Part shown: positions 19,115-28,422 of the stretch, piece by piece
Position numbering within the stretch: position 1 is the first letter of the stretch
How the letters are laid out: the number at the start of each line of letters is the position of its first letter
Assembly (NCBI GenBank): GCA_965222875.1
Contig: CBDCVC010000003.1
Coordinates: forward strand, 1,921,788 to 1,985,787
DNA: 64,000 nucleotides
Direction of reading: 5' to 3'
Source of the DNA: Candidatus Multivorans sp.
GTDB lineage: Bacteria > Acidobacteriota > Thermoanaerobaculia > Multivoradales > Multivoraceae
The notes under the pieces: model-generated
Seen by the model: the letters and a program-made list of their open reading frames with translations, nothing else
Told to the model about the DNA's origin: nothing
The model's database searches: none
Program-made: the position numbers and the translations under genes

Positions 19115-22100
19115 ATGGCGAAGAACGGGGTCGCCGCCAACCTGCTGATGTTCTTCATCGTGGCTGCCGGACTCGTGTCGCTGCCAGGCCTGGTCCAGGA
19201 GGCGTTTCCGGTGCTCTCCTTCGACTTCATCGAAGTCTCCGTCGCCTATCCCGGAGCGACACCGGACGAGGTGGAGCAATCGGTCGTCCTCAGGCTCGAG
19301 GAACAGATCGAAACGGTCGACGGCGTCAGGGAAGTAACTTCCGTCGCTTCCGAGGGACTTGCTTCCGTCATGGCCGGGTTGAAGACGGGTACCGACATCG
19401 GCCGTGCTCTGGACGAGGTGGAATCCGCGGTGAACCGGATTCAGACCTTTCCCGCGCAGGCCGAACGGCCAGAGATCCGGCAGATGACGAATCGTCAGAG
19501 CGTGATTCGGCTCGTGCTCTACGGCGACGTCTCGGAACGGGCGCTCAAGGAACTGGCCTACGAGGTCGAAGCCGAGATCGCTTCGCTACCGGCCGTCTCC
19601 TACGTCGCGACGAGCGGGGTCCGCGCCTACGAGATCTCGATCGAGACGCCGCTCCGCAGGCTCCGGGCTCTCGGCCTCACGGCCGAGGACATCTCGAACG
19701 CGGTTCGCACAGATTCCCTCGACGTGTCGGCGGGAAGCATAGAAACCCGCGACGCGGAGGTCCGGGTCCGGACCACCGGACGGCGTTACGACCAGTACGA
19801 CTTCGAGGACATCGTCGTCCTCAGCCGAACGGACGGGACCGTCGTGCGGCTGGGCGACATCGCAGAAGTCCGGGACGACTTCCAGGACGTCGACCTGATC
19901 ACGCGGTACAACGGTCGACGCGCCGCGTTCGTCGAGGTCTACCGGTCCGCGGGCGAACAGGTGCTCGACGTGGTCGCAGCGGTGGAAGCGCATCTGGAAC
20001 GGGAGATCGTTCCTTCCCTGCCCGCCGGCGTGTCGCTCGACATCTGGAACAACGACGCGGACATCTACGAGGACCGGCTCAAGCTGCTGCGCAAGAATGC
20101 ACTGCTGGGACTGGTCCTGGTGCTGGCGGCGCTGACGCTCTTCCTCCAGATTCGACTCGCGCTCTGGGTCGCGCTCGGGATCGCCATTTCCTTCATCGGC
20201 GCCGTCGCCCTGATGCTGGCGCTCGACGTCTCGATCAACACGATCACGCTGTTCGCGTTCATTCTGGCGGTTGGAATCGTGATCGACGACGCGATCGTCG
20301 TTGCCGAGCAGATCCACGCCGAGAGGTCGAAGGGGGTTCCGGGGCTGGTCGCGGCGATTCGCGGAACCCAGCGCGTCAAGCGACCGGTGATCTTCGCCGT
20401 TCTCACCACGATCGCTGCCTTCTTCCCGCTCATGTTCGTGCCCGGTCCCCTAGGCCGTGCGACGGGATCGATCGCGGTGATTCTGATCTCGATCCTCATC
20501 TTCTCCCTGATCGAGTCGCTGCTCATCCTGCCCAGGCATCTCTCCCATCTGCCCGGTCCCGGAGATCCCCCCGCCAATCCGGTCGAACGGTTCTTTTCCC
20601 GCGCCCACGCGGCGGTGGCCCTCGGGCTGACGAAGTTCACCGACGGCCCCCTCGACCGGGGCCTGCGGCTGGCCACCGCTCAACCCGCACTGGTGATCGC
20701 CGCGGGCATCGGCACGCTTGTCCTCTGCGCCGCCCTTGTCGGTTCGGGCGCCATCGGCGTCATCTTCGCCCAGCCGGTCGAGGCCGACATCGTGACCGCG
20801 AGCATCGAGATGGCCGAAGGAACCCCGGCGCGCCGGACCGCCGAACTGGCCACCGAACTCGAGCTGGCCGGCCACCGGGCCATCGAGCGGCTGTCCGGAG
20901 GAGAAACCGGCGAACGGGATGTCCTGCTGGTTGGCGTCAACTTCACGGTCGGCGCCAAGGCCAGGCCGCTGGGCGGCGCGCTCGCCCAGGAGGCCAGCCT
21001 GAATCCGCAGTCCAACATCGCGGCCGTCGAGTTCAAGCTGACGCCCTCCGAGCAGCGGAGCGTGACCTCCGGCGAGTTCCTGCAAACCTGGAGGGAGGAG
21101 GCGGGGCCGATGCCCGAGGCGCGCGGCCTGGCCTTTACGGCGGAACTCCTGAACCTGGGCGCTCCCGTACAGGTCCAGCTTTCCTACCGGGATCCGGGCC
21201 GGCTCGGCGAGATCGGCGACCATGTGGTCGCGTCGCTGCGCCGCTTCGACGGCGTCTTCGACGTCCAGTCCGACCATTCGGAGGGCCTGCAGGAAATCGA
21301 GCTCGCTTTGCGGCCGGAAGCGCGAACGCTCGGGCTCACGCTCGACGATCTCGGGCGCCAGGTACGGGCCGCCTTCTTCGGCGACGAGGCGCTCCGGGTG
21401 CAGCGGGGCCAGGAGGATGTGCGCGTTTACGTTCGCCTTCCGGAAGAGGACCGGGACACGATCGCGGACATCGAGAACTACCTCGTCCGTACGCCCGCGG
21501 GCGCCGAGGCCCCGCTCAGCCAGGTCGCCTCCGTCCGATTCGGGATCTCGCCGTCGTCAATCCGGCGGCGGGACGGCGAGAGAATCGTCACGATCACCGC
21601 CGACGTCGATCCGGCTGTCGTCACCGGCGCCGATGTCCTGGCCGCGCTGGAGACGACCGTGCTCGCCGATCTGAGCGACCGGTACCCGGGCCTCGGCTAC
21701 CGCTTCGGCGGCCAGCAGGAACAGCAACTCGAGTCGTTCGAGGCTCTGGGACGCGGCTTTCTCCTCGCACTGCTCCTGATCTTCGCGCTGCTCGCCATTC
21801 CACTCGGCTCCTACGCGCAGCCCCTGATCATCATGGCCGTCATCCCCTTCGGGATCGTCGGCGCTATCCTCGGCCACCTCATCATGGGGATCAGCCTCAG
21901 CATCACGTCGCTCTGGGGCATGGTCGCCCTGACTGGCGTCGTAGTGAACGACACTCTGGTGATGATCGACTTCATCAACGTCAAGCTGAAAGAAAGAGCC
22001 CCGACAAGAACTGCGATCATGGAAGGCGCGAAGGCCCGTTTCCGTCCCATCCTCATCACCTCGTTGACGACGTTTCTGGGCTTCGCGCCGCTCATCTTCG

Positions 22101-22282
22101 AGCGCAGCGTTCAGGCTCAGTTCTTGATCCCGCTGGGCGTGTCGATGGGCTTCGGCCTCGTCTTCGCCACCTTCGTGCTCATGCTGATGACGCCAGCCAT
22201 GGCGACGGTGTACTTCGGCGCCGGGGGACGAGGGCCGGTGCAGGCATCGAGTCACACGGCTGCTTCCAGAGCCTTGCCATGA
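19115..22282 (+). CDS. Efflux RND transporter permease subunit (AcrB/CzcA superfamily)
   Basis: 1055 aa. 12-TM RND topology with two large periplasmic loops. N-terminus MAKNGVAANLLMFFI is AcrB-like. Confidence 0.88.
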   Translation: MAKNGVAANLLMFFIVAAGLVSLPGLVQEAFPVLSFDFIEVSVAYPGATPDEVEQSVVLRLEEQIETVDGVREVTSVASEGLASVMAGLKTGTDIGRALDEVESAVNRIQTFPAQAERPEIRQMTNRQSVIRLVLYGDVSERALKELAYEVEAEIASLPAVSYVATSGVRAYEISIETPLRRLRALGLTAEDISNAVRTDSLDVSAGSIETRDAEVRVRTTGRRYDQYDFEDIVVLSRTDGTVVRLGDIAEVRDDFQDVDLITRYNGRRAAFVEVYRSAGEQVLDVVAAVEAHLEREIVPSLPAGVSLDIWNNDADIYEDRLKLLRKNALLGLVLVLAALTLFLQIRLALWVALGIAISFIGAVALMLALDVSINTITLFAFILAVGIVIDDAIVVAEQIHAERSKGVPGLVAAIRGTQRVKRPVIFAVLTTIAAFFPLMFVPGPLGRATGSIAVILISILIFSLIESLLILPRHLSHLPGPGDPPANPVERFFSRAHAAVALGLTKFTDGPLDRGLRLATAQPALVIAAGIGTLVLCAALVGSGAIGVIFAQPVEADIVTASIEMAEGTPARRTAELATELELAGHRAIERLSGGETGERDVLLVGVNFTVGAKARPLGGALAQEASLNPQSNIAAVEFKLTPSEQRSVTSGEFLQTWREEAGPMPEARGLAFTAELLNLGAPVQVQLSYRDPGRLGEIGDHVVASLRRFDGVFDVQSDHSEGLQEIELALRPEARTLGLTLDDLGRQVRAAFFGDEALRVQRGQEDVRVYVRLPEEDRDTIADIENYLVRTPAGAEAPLSQVASVRFGISPSSIRRRDGERIVTITADVDPAVVTGADVLAALETTVLADLSDRYPGLGYRFGGQQEQQLESFEALGRGFLLALLLIFALLAIPLGSYAQPLIIMAVIPFGIVGAILGHLIMGISLSITSLWGMVALTGVVVNDTLVMIDFINVKLKERAPTRTAIMEGAKARFRPILITSLTTFLGFAPLIFERSVQAQFLIPLGVSMGFGLVFATFVLMLMTPAMATVYFGAGGRGPVQASSHTAASRALP

Positions 22283-23658
22283 CCGCCGTGCACCCCAACG
22301 GCCCGGTGCCCCGGACGCCGCCGGGTCCCAAGGGCCAGCGCCTCAAGCACCTCCGCGGGCGCTTCCAGGACTGCGAGAACATGCTGACGGGGTTCCGCAG
22401 CGAGTACGGCGACGTCGTCTCCTGGCAGCTTCCGGCCATCGACTGCTGTGCCGTCTTCGACGCCGATCTGATCCATGAGATCCTCACCGATCAGCGTCCG
22501 TACTTCCCGAGGATCCTGAAGTTCGCGACCCGAATTCCGACGATACCGAACCCTGGCTTGTCCAGGCTCAGTGGCGCCGCCCATCAACGCAAGCTGGGGC
22601 CGGTCAACGCGGTGTTCTCCAAGGAACGCCTGCTCCCCTACGCCGACCTCATGATCCGGCACTTCGAGAAAACGACGGACTCCTGGCGTCCGGGCGAAGC
22701 GATCCAGGCCAAGGAAGAGATGTATCGCGTCACGGCGTCCATCCTGGGGGACGCAGCGTTCGGCGAGGACATGAGCCCGGGCGAGGTTCTGCTCAGAAAG
22801 GCGCTCAAGACCGTCAAATGGGACTTCGCGGTAGACTTGATGCCGTTCAAGGCGCTGATCCGGAAACTGCCCCTGCCCCAGAATCTGGCGCTGTGGCGAT
22901 CTTTCGGGGAGCTGCACGAGATCGTCGCCGAATCGATGCGTCGAGCCCGCGAACCTGCCAGCGAGCGGACGGACTGGATCGCCCACATGGTCAGGGACGC
23001 GGCCGATGCCCCTGTCGACCCGCCGTTCACCGACGAAGAGATCCGCGACGAGGTGCTCGACATGCTGTTGGCCAACCTGGACACAACGGCTCTGTCCCTC
23101 AGTTGGGCACTCGGTCGCCTTTGCCGGAACCCCGCGGTAGCGGCGCGGCTGGAGAAGGAAGTGGACGAGGTGCTGGGAGACCGTCCGATGACCGCCGCGG
23201 ACTTCGACCGGCTCCCCTACGCGCGGGCCGTCTACCTCGAAACGTTGCGCCTGGGGATGCCACAGTTCTTCATCGAGCGCGAGGTGACCGAAGACCGCGT
23301 GATCGGCGGCCGGCATCTGATTCGCAAAGGCACGCTGGTGCAACTGTGCCGGGGCGTCGTCTACCGCGACGACAGGTACTTCGATCGCACCGGGGAGTTC
23401 GCGCCGGAGCGCTGGCTCAAGGGGGGCCCTCCCGGGTGTCCGGCGCATGTTTTCGTGCCATTCAACGAGGAACCGCACCGGTGCCCGGCGTGGCAGTTCA
23501 ACACGATGGCAGGCGTCTTCCTCGTCGCGAGCGTCGCCCGGAAGGTCCGGCTCCAGCCGGCTTCGAAGGAACCGCTCGAATCGGACTTCAAATTCCTCTT
23601 CGCCCCCAAGGGCCCCGTACCGGTTCGAGTGACCGAGCGCGACCCCCGAACCCACTAG
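22279..23658 (+). CDS. Cytochrome P450
   Basis: 459 aa. I-helix AN(L)DTT-like motif, EXXR (ETLRLG) and a Cys-ligand loop FNEEPHRCPAWQF, which is a variant of FxxGxRxCxG. Start overlaps the RND permease stop by 4 bp. Confidence 0.75.
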   Translation: MTAVHPNGPVPRTPPGPKGQRLKHLRGRFQDCENMLTGFRSEYGDVVSWQLPAIDCCAVFDADLIHEILTDQRPYFPRILKFATRIPTIPNPGLSRLSGAAHQRKLGPVNAVFSKERLLPYADLMIRHFEKTTDSWRPGEAIQAKEEMYRVTASILGDAAFGEDMSPGEVLLRKALKTVKWDFAVDLMPFKALIRKLPLPQNLALWRSFGELHEIVAESMRRAREPASERTDWIAHMVRDAADAPVDPPFTDEEIRDEVLDMLLANLDTTALSLSWALGRLCRNPAVAARLEKEVDEVLGDRPMTAADFDRLPYARAVYLETLRLGMPQFFIEREVTEDRVIGGRHLIRKGTLVQLCRGVVYRDDRYFDRTGEFAPERWLKGGPPGCPAHVFVPFNEEPHRCPAWQFNTMAGVFLVASVARKVRLQPASKEPLESDFKFLFAPKGPVPVRVTERDPRTH

Positions 23659-23722
23659 CGGCGAGCCGCGGCCTCGCCTACCCCCGAGCTATGGTCAAAT
23701 TTCGTGTATGGGCGGTTGATCA

Positions 23723-24362
23723 TCAGGCGGCGTTCCTGGTCTGATCGGCGTCCTCGGTTTGTTCGATGCCGTCAACGAAACGGACATCGCGGATCACTTT
23801 GGCGACCTTGTCGAAGCCTCGCAGGCGCCGCCAGCGGGCTTGTGCGCAGGTTCCGAGCTTGAAGATCATGGCCAGCATGGTGTTTCGGCTGACGCAGCCC
23901 TTGGTGCGGGCGGTGCGGTGGCGAATCGTGGCGAAGGTCGACTCGATCGGATTCGTGGTGCGCAGATGCACCCAGTGCTCGGCGGGGAAGTCGTAGAAGG
24001 CGAGGAGTTCCTCGCGGTCCTTGAGCAGGCAGTTCGTCGCCTTCGGGTACTTGGCCTCGTAGCGCCTCTGCCAGGCCGCGGCGGTCCTCGATCCGGCCCG
24101 TCTCCCGGTGCTGCCGGATCAGCCGCGTCACCTGCGACTCGGACTTCCCGGTCATCTTCATCAGGTAGCGCCGAATCATGCCCTTGTCGCGCCTCACAAG
24201 CGCCCGGTAGCGGAACCTGACCAGCGTCTCACGGAGAACTCGTACGCCGATCCGCGGTCCACCAGCACCAGGTCCACCGCCTCGTTGCCGGACGTTGCCG
24301 GACAGGAAAAGATGAACCTCGTCAAGTGTCTGAAGTCGGTGGGCCTGCAGCGTCACGATCAT
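23723..24362 (-). pseudogene. IS256-family (Mutator-like) transposase remnant, truncated and frameshifted
   Basis: C-terminal fragment NPIESTFATIRHRTARTKG...WRRLRG matches the IS256 transposase C-terminus. Upstream portion is in other frames. Truncated at the IS1595 copy B insertion site. Confidence 0.55.
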
Positions 24363-24540
24363 CCTCCGATGATCCCCAACACACCCTCAGGCTCATCTCT
24401 CGTGGGATTGACATCGCTCCTTCAGGCTCATCTCACATGGGACAAGGCTCTGTGCCGTGCGACTTGCGGGGATTATAAGGGAAAGTTGACAAGGGCTAGG
24501 ATCCTCAGTAGGCTGGATACGCCAGTCAACGGAGGAACCG

Positions 24541-25515
24541 ATGAACGACTCGACCACCTACAACGCACCTGGACAGGCCCACCGGAACGGCATCTCGCTG
24601 TTCGCGCTGGAGCGGATGTTCCCGAACGAGAACGCCGCGCGCCGCTGGTTCGAGGCCGCCCTGTGGGGCGGCTCGATCCACTGCCCACGCTGCGGCGGCG
24701 ATCGCACCCGCGAGGCCAAGCACAAGACCATGCCCTACTGGTGCTCCGACTGCCGCGCCTACTTCTCCGTCAAGGTCGGCACCGTCATGGAGGGATCGAA
24801 GCTCCCGCTCCGCAAGTGGGCCTACGCGATCTACCTCGAAGCGGCGAACCTCAAGGGCGTCTCCAGCATGGAGCTGCACCGCGCCCTCGACATCAGCCAG
24901 CCGGCCGCCTGGTTCATGCTCCACCGCATCCGGGCCGCGTTCAAGGACGGCTCGTTCTCGAAGCTCGAAGGCATCGTCGAAGTGGACGAGATGTTCGTCG
25001 GCGGGAAGCAGAAGAACCGGCACAAGAAGGACGCCGACAAGTACCGGGACGGCGACGGAGGCGGCAGCTCCTCGTTCTTCGGCAAGAAGCCCGTCGTCGG
25101 CGCCATCCAGCGCGACGGCAAGGCCGTGGCCGCGCCGATCGACTCCACGGACGGCAAGACTCTCACCCGGTTCGTCGAGGCCCACGTCAAGCACGGCGCC
25201 CGCGTCTACACCGACGATCACGGCGGCTACGGCGACCTGATGGAGACCTACATGCACCGGACCGTCAAGCACTCCCTCGGCGAGTACGTCCGCAGCGTGG
25301 ACGTGCATACGAACACGATCGAGTCCCTCTGGTCGATGTTCAAGCGCGGCTTCGTCGGCAAGTACCACCGGATGAGCTTCAAGCACCTGCACGCCTACGT
25401 CGACGAGTTCGTGTGGCGACGCAACGTCCGCGACCTGGACACCGCCGAGCAGATGGTCGAGATGGTCCGCGGCATGGCCGGTAAGCGGTTGCGGTACGCG
25501 GATCTGGTCGCGTAG
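24541..25515 (+). CDS. IS1595 family transposase (identical to 15180-16154)
   Basis: Identical 324-aa product. Confidence 0.85.
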   Translation: MNDSTTYNAPGQAHRNGISLFALERMFPNENAARRWFEAALWGGSIHCPRCGGDRTREAKHKTMPYWCSDCRAYFSVKVGTVMEGSKLPLRKWAYAIYLEAANLKGVSSMELHRALDISQPAAWFMLHRIRAAFKDGSFSKLEGIVEVDEMFVGGKQKNRHKKDADKYRDGDGGGSSSFFGKKPVVGAIQRDGKAVAAPIDSTDGKTLTRFVEAHVKHGARVYTDDHGGYGDLMETYMHRTVKHSLGEYVRSVDVHTNTIESLWSMFKRGFVGKYHRMSFKHLHAYVDEFVWRRNVRDLDTAEQMVEMVRGMAGKRLRYADLVA

Positions 25516-25524
25516 AGTTCGGGC

Positions 25525-25830
25525 ATGAGCAAGGACGAGCAGAACGCCGAAGTCTCTCGGCTGTTCCTTGAGCGCTCGGATGCCCTCCGGCTCCTGGCCT
25601 GTTACGAATCCAAGATCAGTCGAGCCATGAGCCTGTTCTACCGGCTTGCCGAAGTAGGCCGGATACAGAACGCCGTGAGCCCTCGGCCGGATCTTCACGT
25701 CTCGGAAGTAGCCGAGATCGAATACCCGCCCCAGGAAGAACTGGTTGAATGGGTGCAGGGAGCCGCGGCGCAACGCGAGATCGTCAGGCGCTGCGAGCAG
25801 GCTCTCGACGGTATGGGCCTACGCTACTAG
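25525..25830 (+). CDS. Hypothetical protein (identical to 14865-15170), accessory ORF of IS1595 element
   Basis: Identical 101-aa product, same position relative to the transposase. Confidence 0.5.
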   Translation: MSKDEQNAEVSRLFLERSDALRLLACYESKISRAMSLFYRLAEVGRIQNAVSPRPDLHVSEVAEIEYPPQEELVEWVQGAAAQREIVRRCEQALDGMGLRY

Positions 25831-25894
25831 CGCACGTCGACCCTGCTTACTCCACCGTCACGACCGAGCGGGAGGAGAAGGTCGCGGCCGGCTA

Positions 25895-27113
25895 GTGTCA
25901 TGTCACACGTCTTATGCCGTATGAATCGTAGTAGGCTCCTTGCCGTTCGACAACGGCAAGGAGTCTGGCATGAAGCGGTATGTGGTGGAGTTGGAGGCGC
26001 AGGAGCGCGAGGCGTTGGCGACGATGACGCGCAAGGGTTCGCATCGGTCGCAGAAGGTGATCAACGCCTTGATTCTGCTCAACTGCGACGAGGGCGAGTT
26101 CAACGGGCGTCGGCCGACCGGCGAGACGATCGCCGGGGTCTTGCGGATCAGTGCGCGCAGGGTGGATCGTGTGAAGAAGCGGTTTGTGGAGGACGGTCTG
26201 GAGGCGGCGCTCGGCAGTCGGCAGGGGCGTCGTCCGAAGTACCTGCGCAAGGCGGATGGCGAGTTCGAGGCGCGGCTGGTCGCGCTGAGTTGCGGCGAGC
26301 CGCCCGAAGGGCGTTCGCAGTGGTCTCTGCGTCTGTTGGCGGACCGTGCGGTGGAGCTCGGCTATATCGACAGCGTCTCGCACGAGACGGTGCGGCGGGT
26401 GCTAAAAAAAACGCTCTCAAACCGTGGCGCCGCGTCGGCTGGGTGATTCCGCCGCAATGCAACGCCGACTTCGCGGCGAACATGGAGCGGGTGCTCGACG
26501 TCTATCGGCGTCCGCACGACGCGAACTTCCCGGTGGTGTGCATGGACGAGACGCCGCGGCAGTTGATCGCCGAGACACGGGCGCCCATCCCGCAGGCCCC
26601 TGGACGGGAGGTCCGCGAAGACTACGAGTACCGACGCTGCGGCACCTGCAACGTGTTCATGGCGACCGAACCGCTGGCCGGGCGGCGTCTGACCAAGGTC
26701 ACCGAGCGCAGGACCAAGACCGACTGGGCGCGTTTCCTGGAAGACATCGCCGGGCAGTATCCCGACGCCACCCGAATCACGCTGGTGATGGACAACCTCA
26801 ACACCCACCGCCCCGGCGCGCTCTACGAGACCTTCGACCCGGCCCGGGCCAAGGCGCTGTGGGACCGCTTCGAGTTCGTCTATACCCCCAAGCACGGCAG
26901 TTGGCTGAACGTCGCCGAGGTCGAACTCAGCGTGATGATCCGACAGTGCCTCAACCGCCGCATCGACTCCATCGACACCCTACGCGCCGAAGTCGGCGCC
27001 TGGCAGGACGCCAGAGACCGGATCCAAGCCAAGGTCAACTGGCACTTCACCACCGACGACGCACGAGTCAAACTCAAGCGCCTCTATCCGACTTTTGACG
27101 AGTGACACGACAC
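25895..27113 (+). mobile_element. IS630-family insertion sequence, copy 1 (1,219 bp), nested inside IS1595 copy B
   Basis: Flanked by duplicated TA (25893-94 and 27114-15). Terminal inverted repeats GTGTCATGTCACACGTC and, reverse-complemented, GTGTCGTGTCACTCGTC. Inserted at the CTAG that corresponds to 14797-14800 in the uninterrupted copy A. Confidence 0.8.
25940..27105 (+). CDS. IS630-family transposase OrfAB (HTH N-terminal domain plus DDE domain), requires -1 frameshift
   Basis: OrfA 25940-26446 (HTH-like, 168 aa). It continues in the -1 frame to 27105 with a DDE domain (DETP...D...E). Slippery A8 run at 26404-26411 lies just before the OrfA stop. Combined product ~390 aa. Confidence 0.75.
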
Positions 27114-27115
27114 TA

Positions 27116-27230
27116 GAGCCTCGGCAGGCGGAACATTCGCGACCTCGACACCGTCGAACAGATGCTCTGGATCGCCCGTGGCATGGCCGGCAAGCGGTTG
27201 CGGTACGTGGACCTCGTGGCGTAGAGTTCG
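27116..27230 (+). pseudogene. Transposase 3' remnant (mirror of 14688-14800), here split from its other flank by the IS630 insertion
   Basis: Reverse complement of the copy A remnant. IS630 sits exactly at its truncation point. Confidence 0.55.
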
Positions 27231-27521
27231 GCTCCCAGAACCACAAAACCCGCGGCTTGGGGCCGCGGGCCAAGGGGTTTCGATCCAACAACGAGAAAGG
27301 ACCTCGTGATGAAGAACGGAGATCTCGCTAGAGACTCTAGCCACAAGAGCGCCCCGAACGCAAGCGCCCCGAAGTCGAAGCCTGTCCAGTCCCTCAAGAT
27401 GGCCGCGAGCAACGCTACGGCGAAAGCGCTTCCAGTAGCTCACGCCGCCGCACAGTACGTGCCGGGGATCCTTGAATCCTACAGCTCTCCAAGAACGCGC
27501 CGAAGGGGCGCCCGGTGTAAG

Positions 27522-28184
27522 TCACCGCGACCGACAAGCGATCGCTTCGTTGTCGGCGACCTGTTGGATGGCGTAGAAGCCGATGTTTCGTGGCGGTGGT
27601 TCACGTTCACTGAGTCGGTGGTAGAGCGCCCCGGTGCTGTCCTGAAGAAGATCGGGCGACCACGGATTGAGCGGGTTGTCGTCTCGATACAGGCGCTTCG
27701 GGATCACGGGTTCTCCGGGCTCGATGTACCAGGACTTCTTGAGTTGTCCAGCGGACGTTAGGCGGCTCGGCACCAAGATATCCAACCTCCAAGGGATATC
27801 GGTGAGTCCGGCGGCGTACACCCAGAAGAAGCCGTTGATCTTGCACCCGTCGAGTACCTTGACGATCACCTCAACGTTGTCTGGCGTGAAGAAGTAGAAG
27901 ACCATCGACGGGCCGGTCCAGGCCAAGTTGGGGGCTCCGTAGGAATCCAGCAGACAGGCTCTCGCCCTTGGATCTCCCGGCTCTACCCAGAAGTCCACAC
28001 CTACCCAGAAGCTCTCGGCATCGAATCCTCGAGGCCAGTGTCTGACTTCGCCAACCGCTTGGCTGTAATCGCATCCGGCCCTGTCGTCGTGCGAGGCGTC
28101 TTCCGTGTCCGATTGAGCTCCGGTCGGCATGCCAAAAGTAGTCACCGCAGCGAGTGCGACGACGCTCGCTCCAAGAGAGAGCAT
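27522..28184 (-). CDS. Hypothetical secreted protein (identical to 13732-14394), IS1595 passenger
   Basis: Identical 220-aa product. Confidence 0.6.
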   Translation of the reverse strand: MLSLGASVVALAAVTTFGMPTGAQSDTEDASHDDRAGCDYSQAVGEVRHWPRGFDAESFWVGVDFWVEPGDPRARACLLDSYGAPNLAWTGPSMVFYFFTPDNVEVIVKVLDGCKINGFFWVYAAGLTDIPWRLDILVPSRLTSAGQLKKSWYIEPGEPVIPKRLYRDDNPLNPWSPDLLQDSTGALYHRLSEREPPPRNIGFYAIQQVADNEAIACRSR

Positions 28185-28422
28185 GGGCTCTCCTTTCGCT
28201 GAGGCTCCGGCCCCCGGAATGGTGCCGGGCCGTGTCTAGCGCACTGCACACGGCTGAGGCTCCCGCCTATTCACCGTCAGGGGCGGAGATCATCTCCACC
28301 TGCCCCGGCTCTTGTATTCGGCGAGCGGCCCGACTCAGGGGCCGTGTGCTCGCGCTAGACGGTGAGAAGTGTAGGTCGCGCCTACCGCCTTGTCAACTTT
28401 GCATTATAATCCCCCGACTTGC

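Larger units (their letters stand above)
24468..28414 (+). mobile_element. IS1595-family cargo element copy B (3,947 bp, i.e. 2,726 bp plus nested IS630)
   Basis: Same 27-bp TIRs as copy A. Perfect 8-bp direct repeat CGACTTGC at 24460-24467 and 28415-28422. Inverted relative to copy A. Encodes identical transposase, 101-aa and 220-aa proteins. Confidence 0.8.

Noticed and set aside
24108-25484. 458-aa same-strand ORF overlapping the transposase in another frame
   Set aside because: It runs through the IS256 remnant, the TSD and the transposase in a different frame. The composition is Arg/Pro-rich with no domain. High-GC artefact.
13502-28414. Whole 14.9-kb block as a single composite transposon insertion
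   Set aside because: Each IS copy has its own internally matching 8-bp TSD, and the outermost flanks differ (CCGCCAGG versus CGACTTGC). So the block was not inserted in one event. The rearrangement potential is kept as a finding only.
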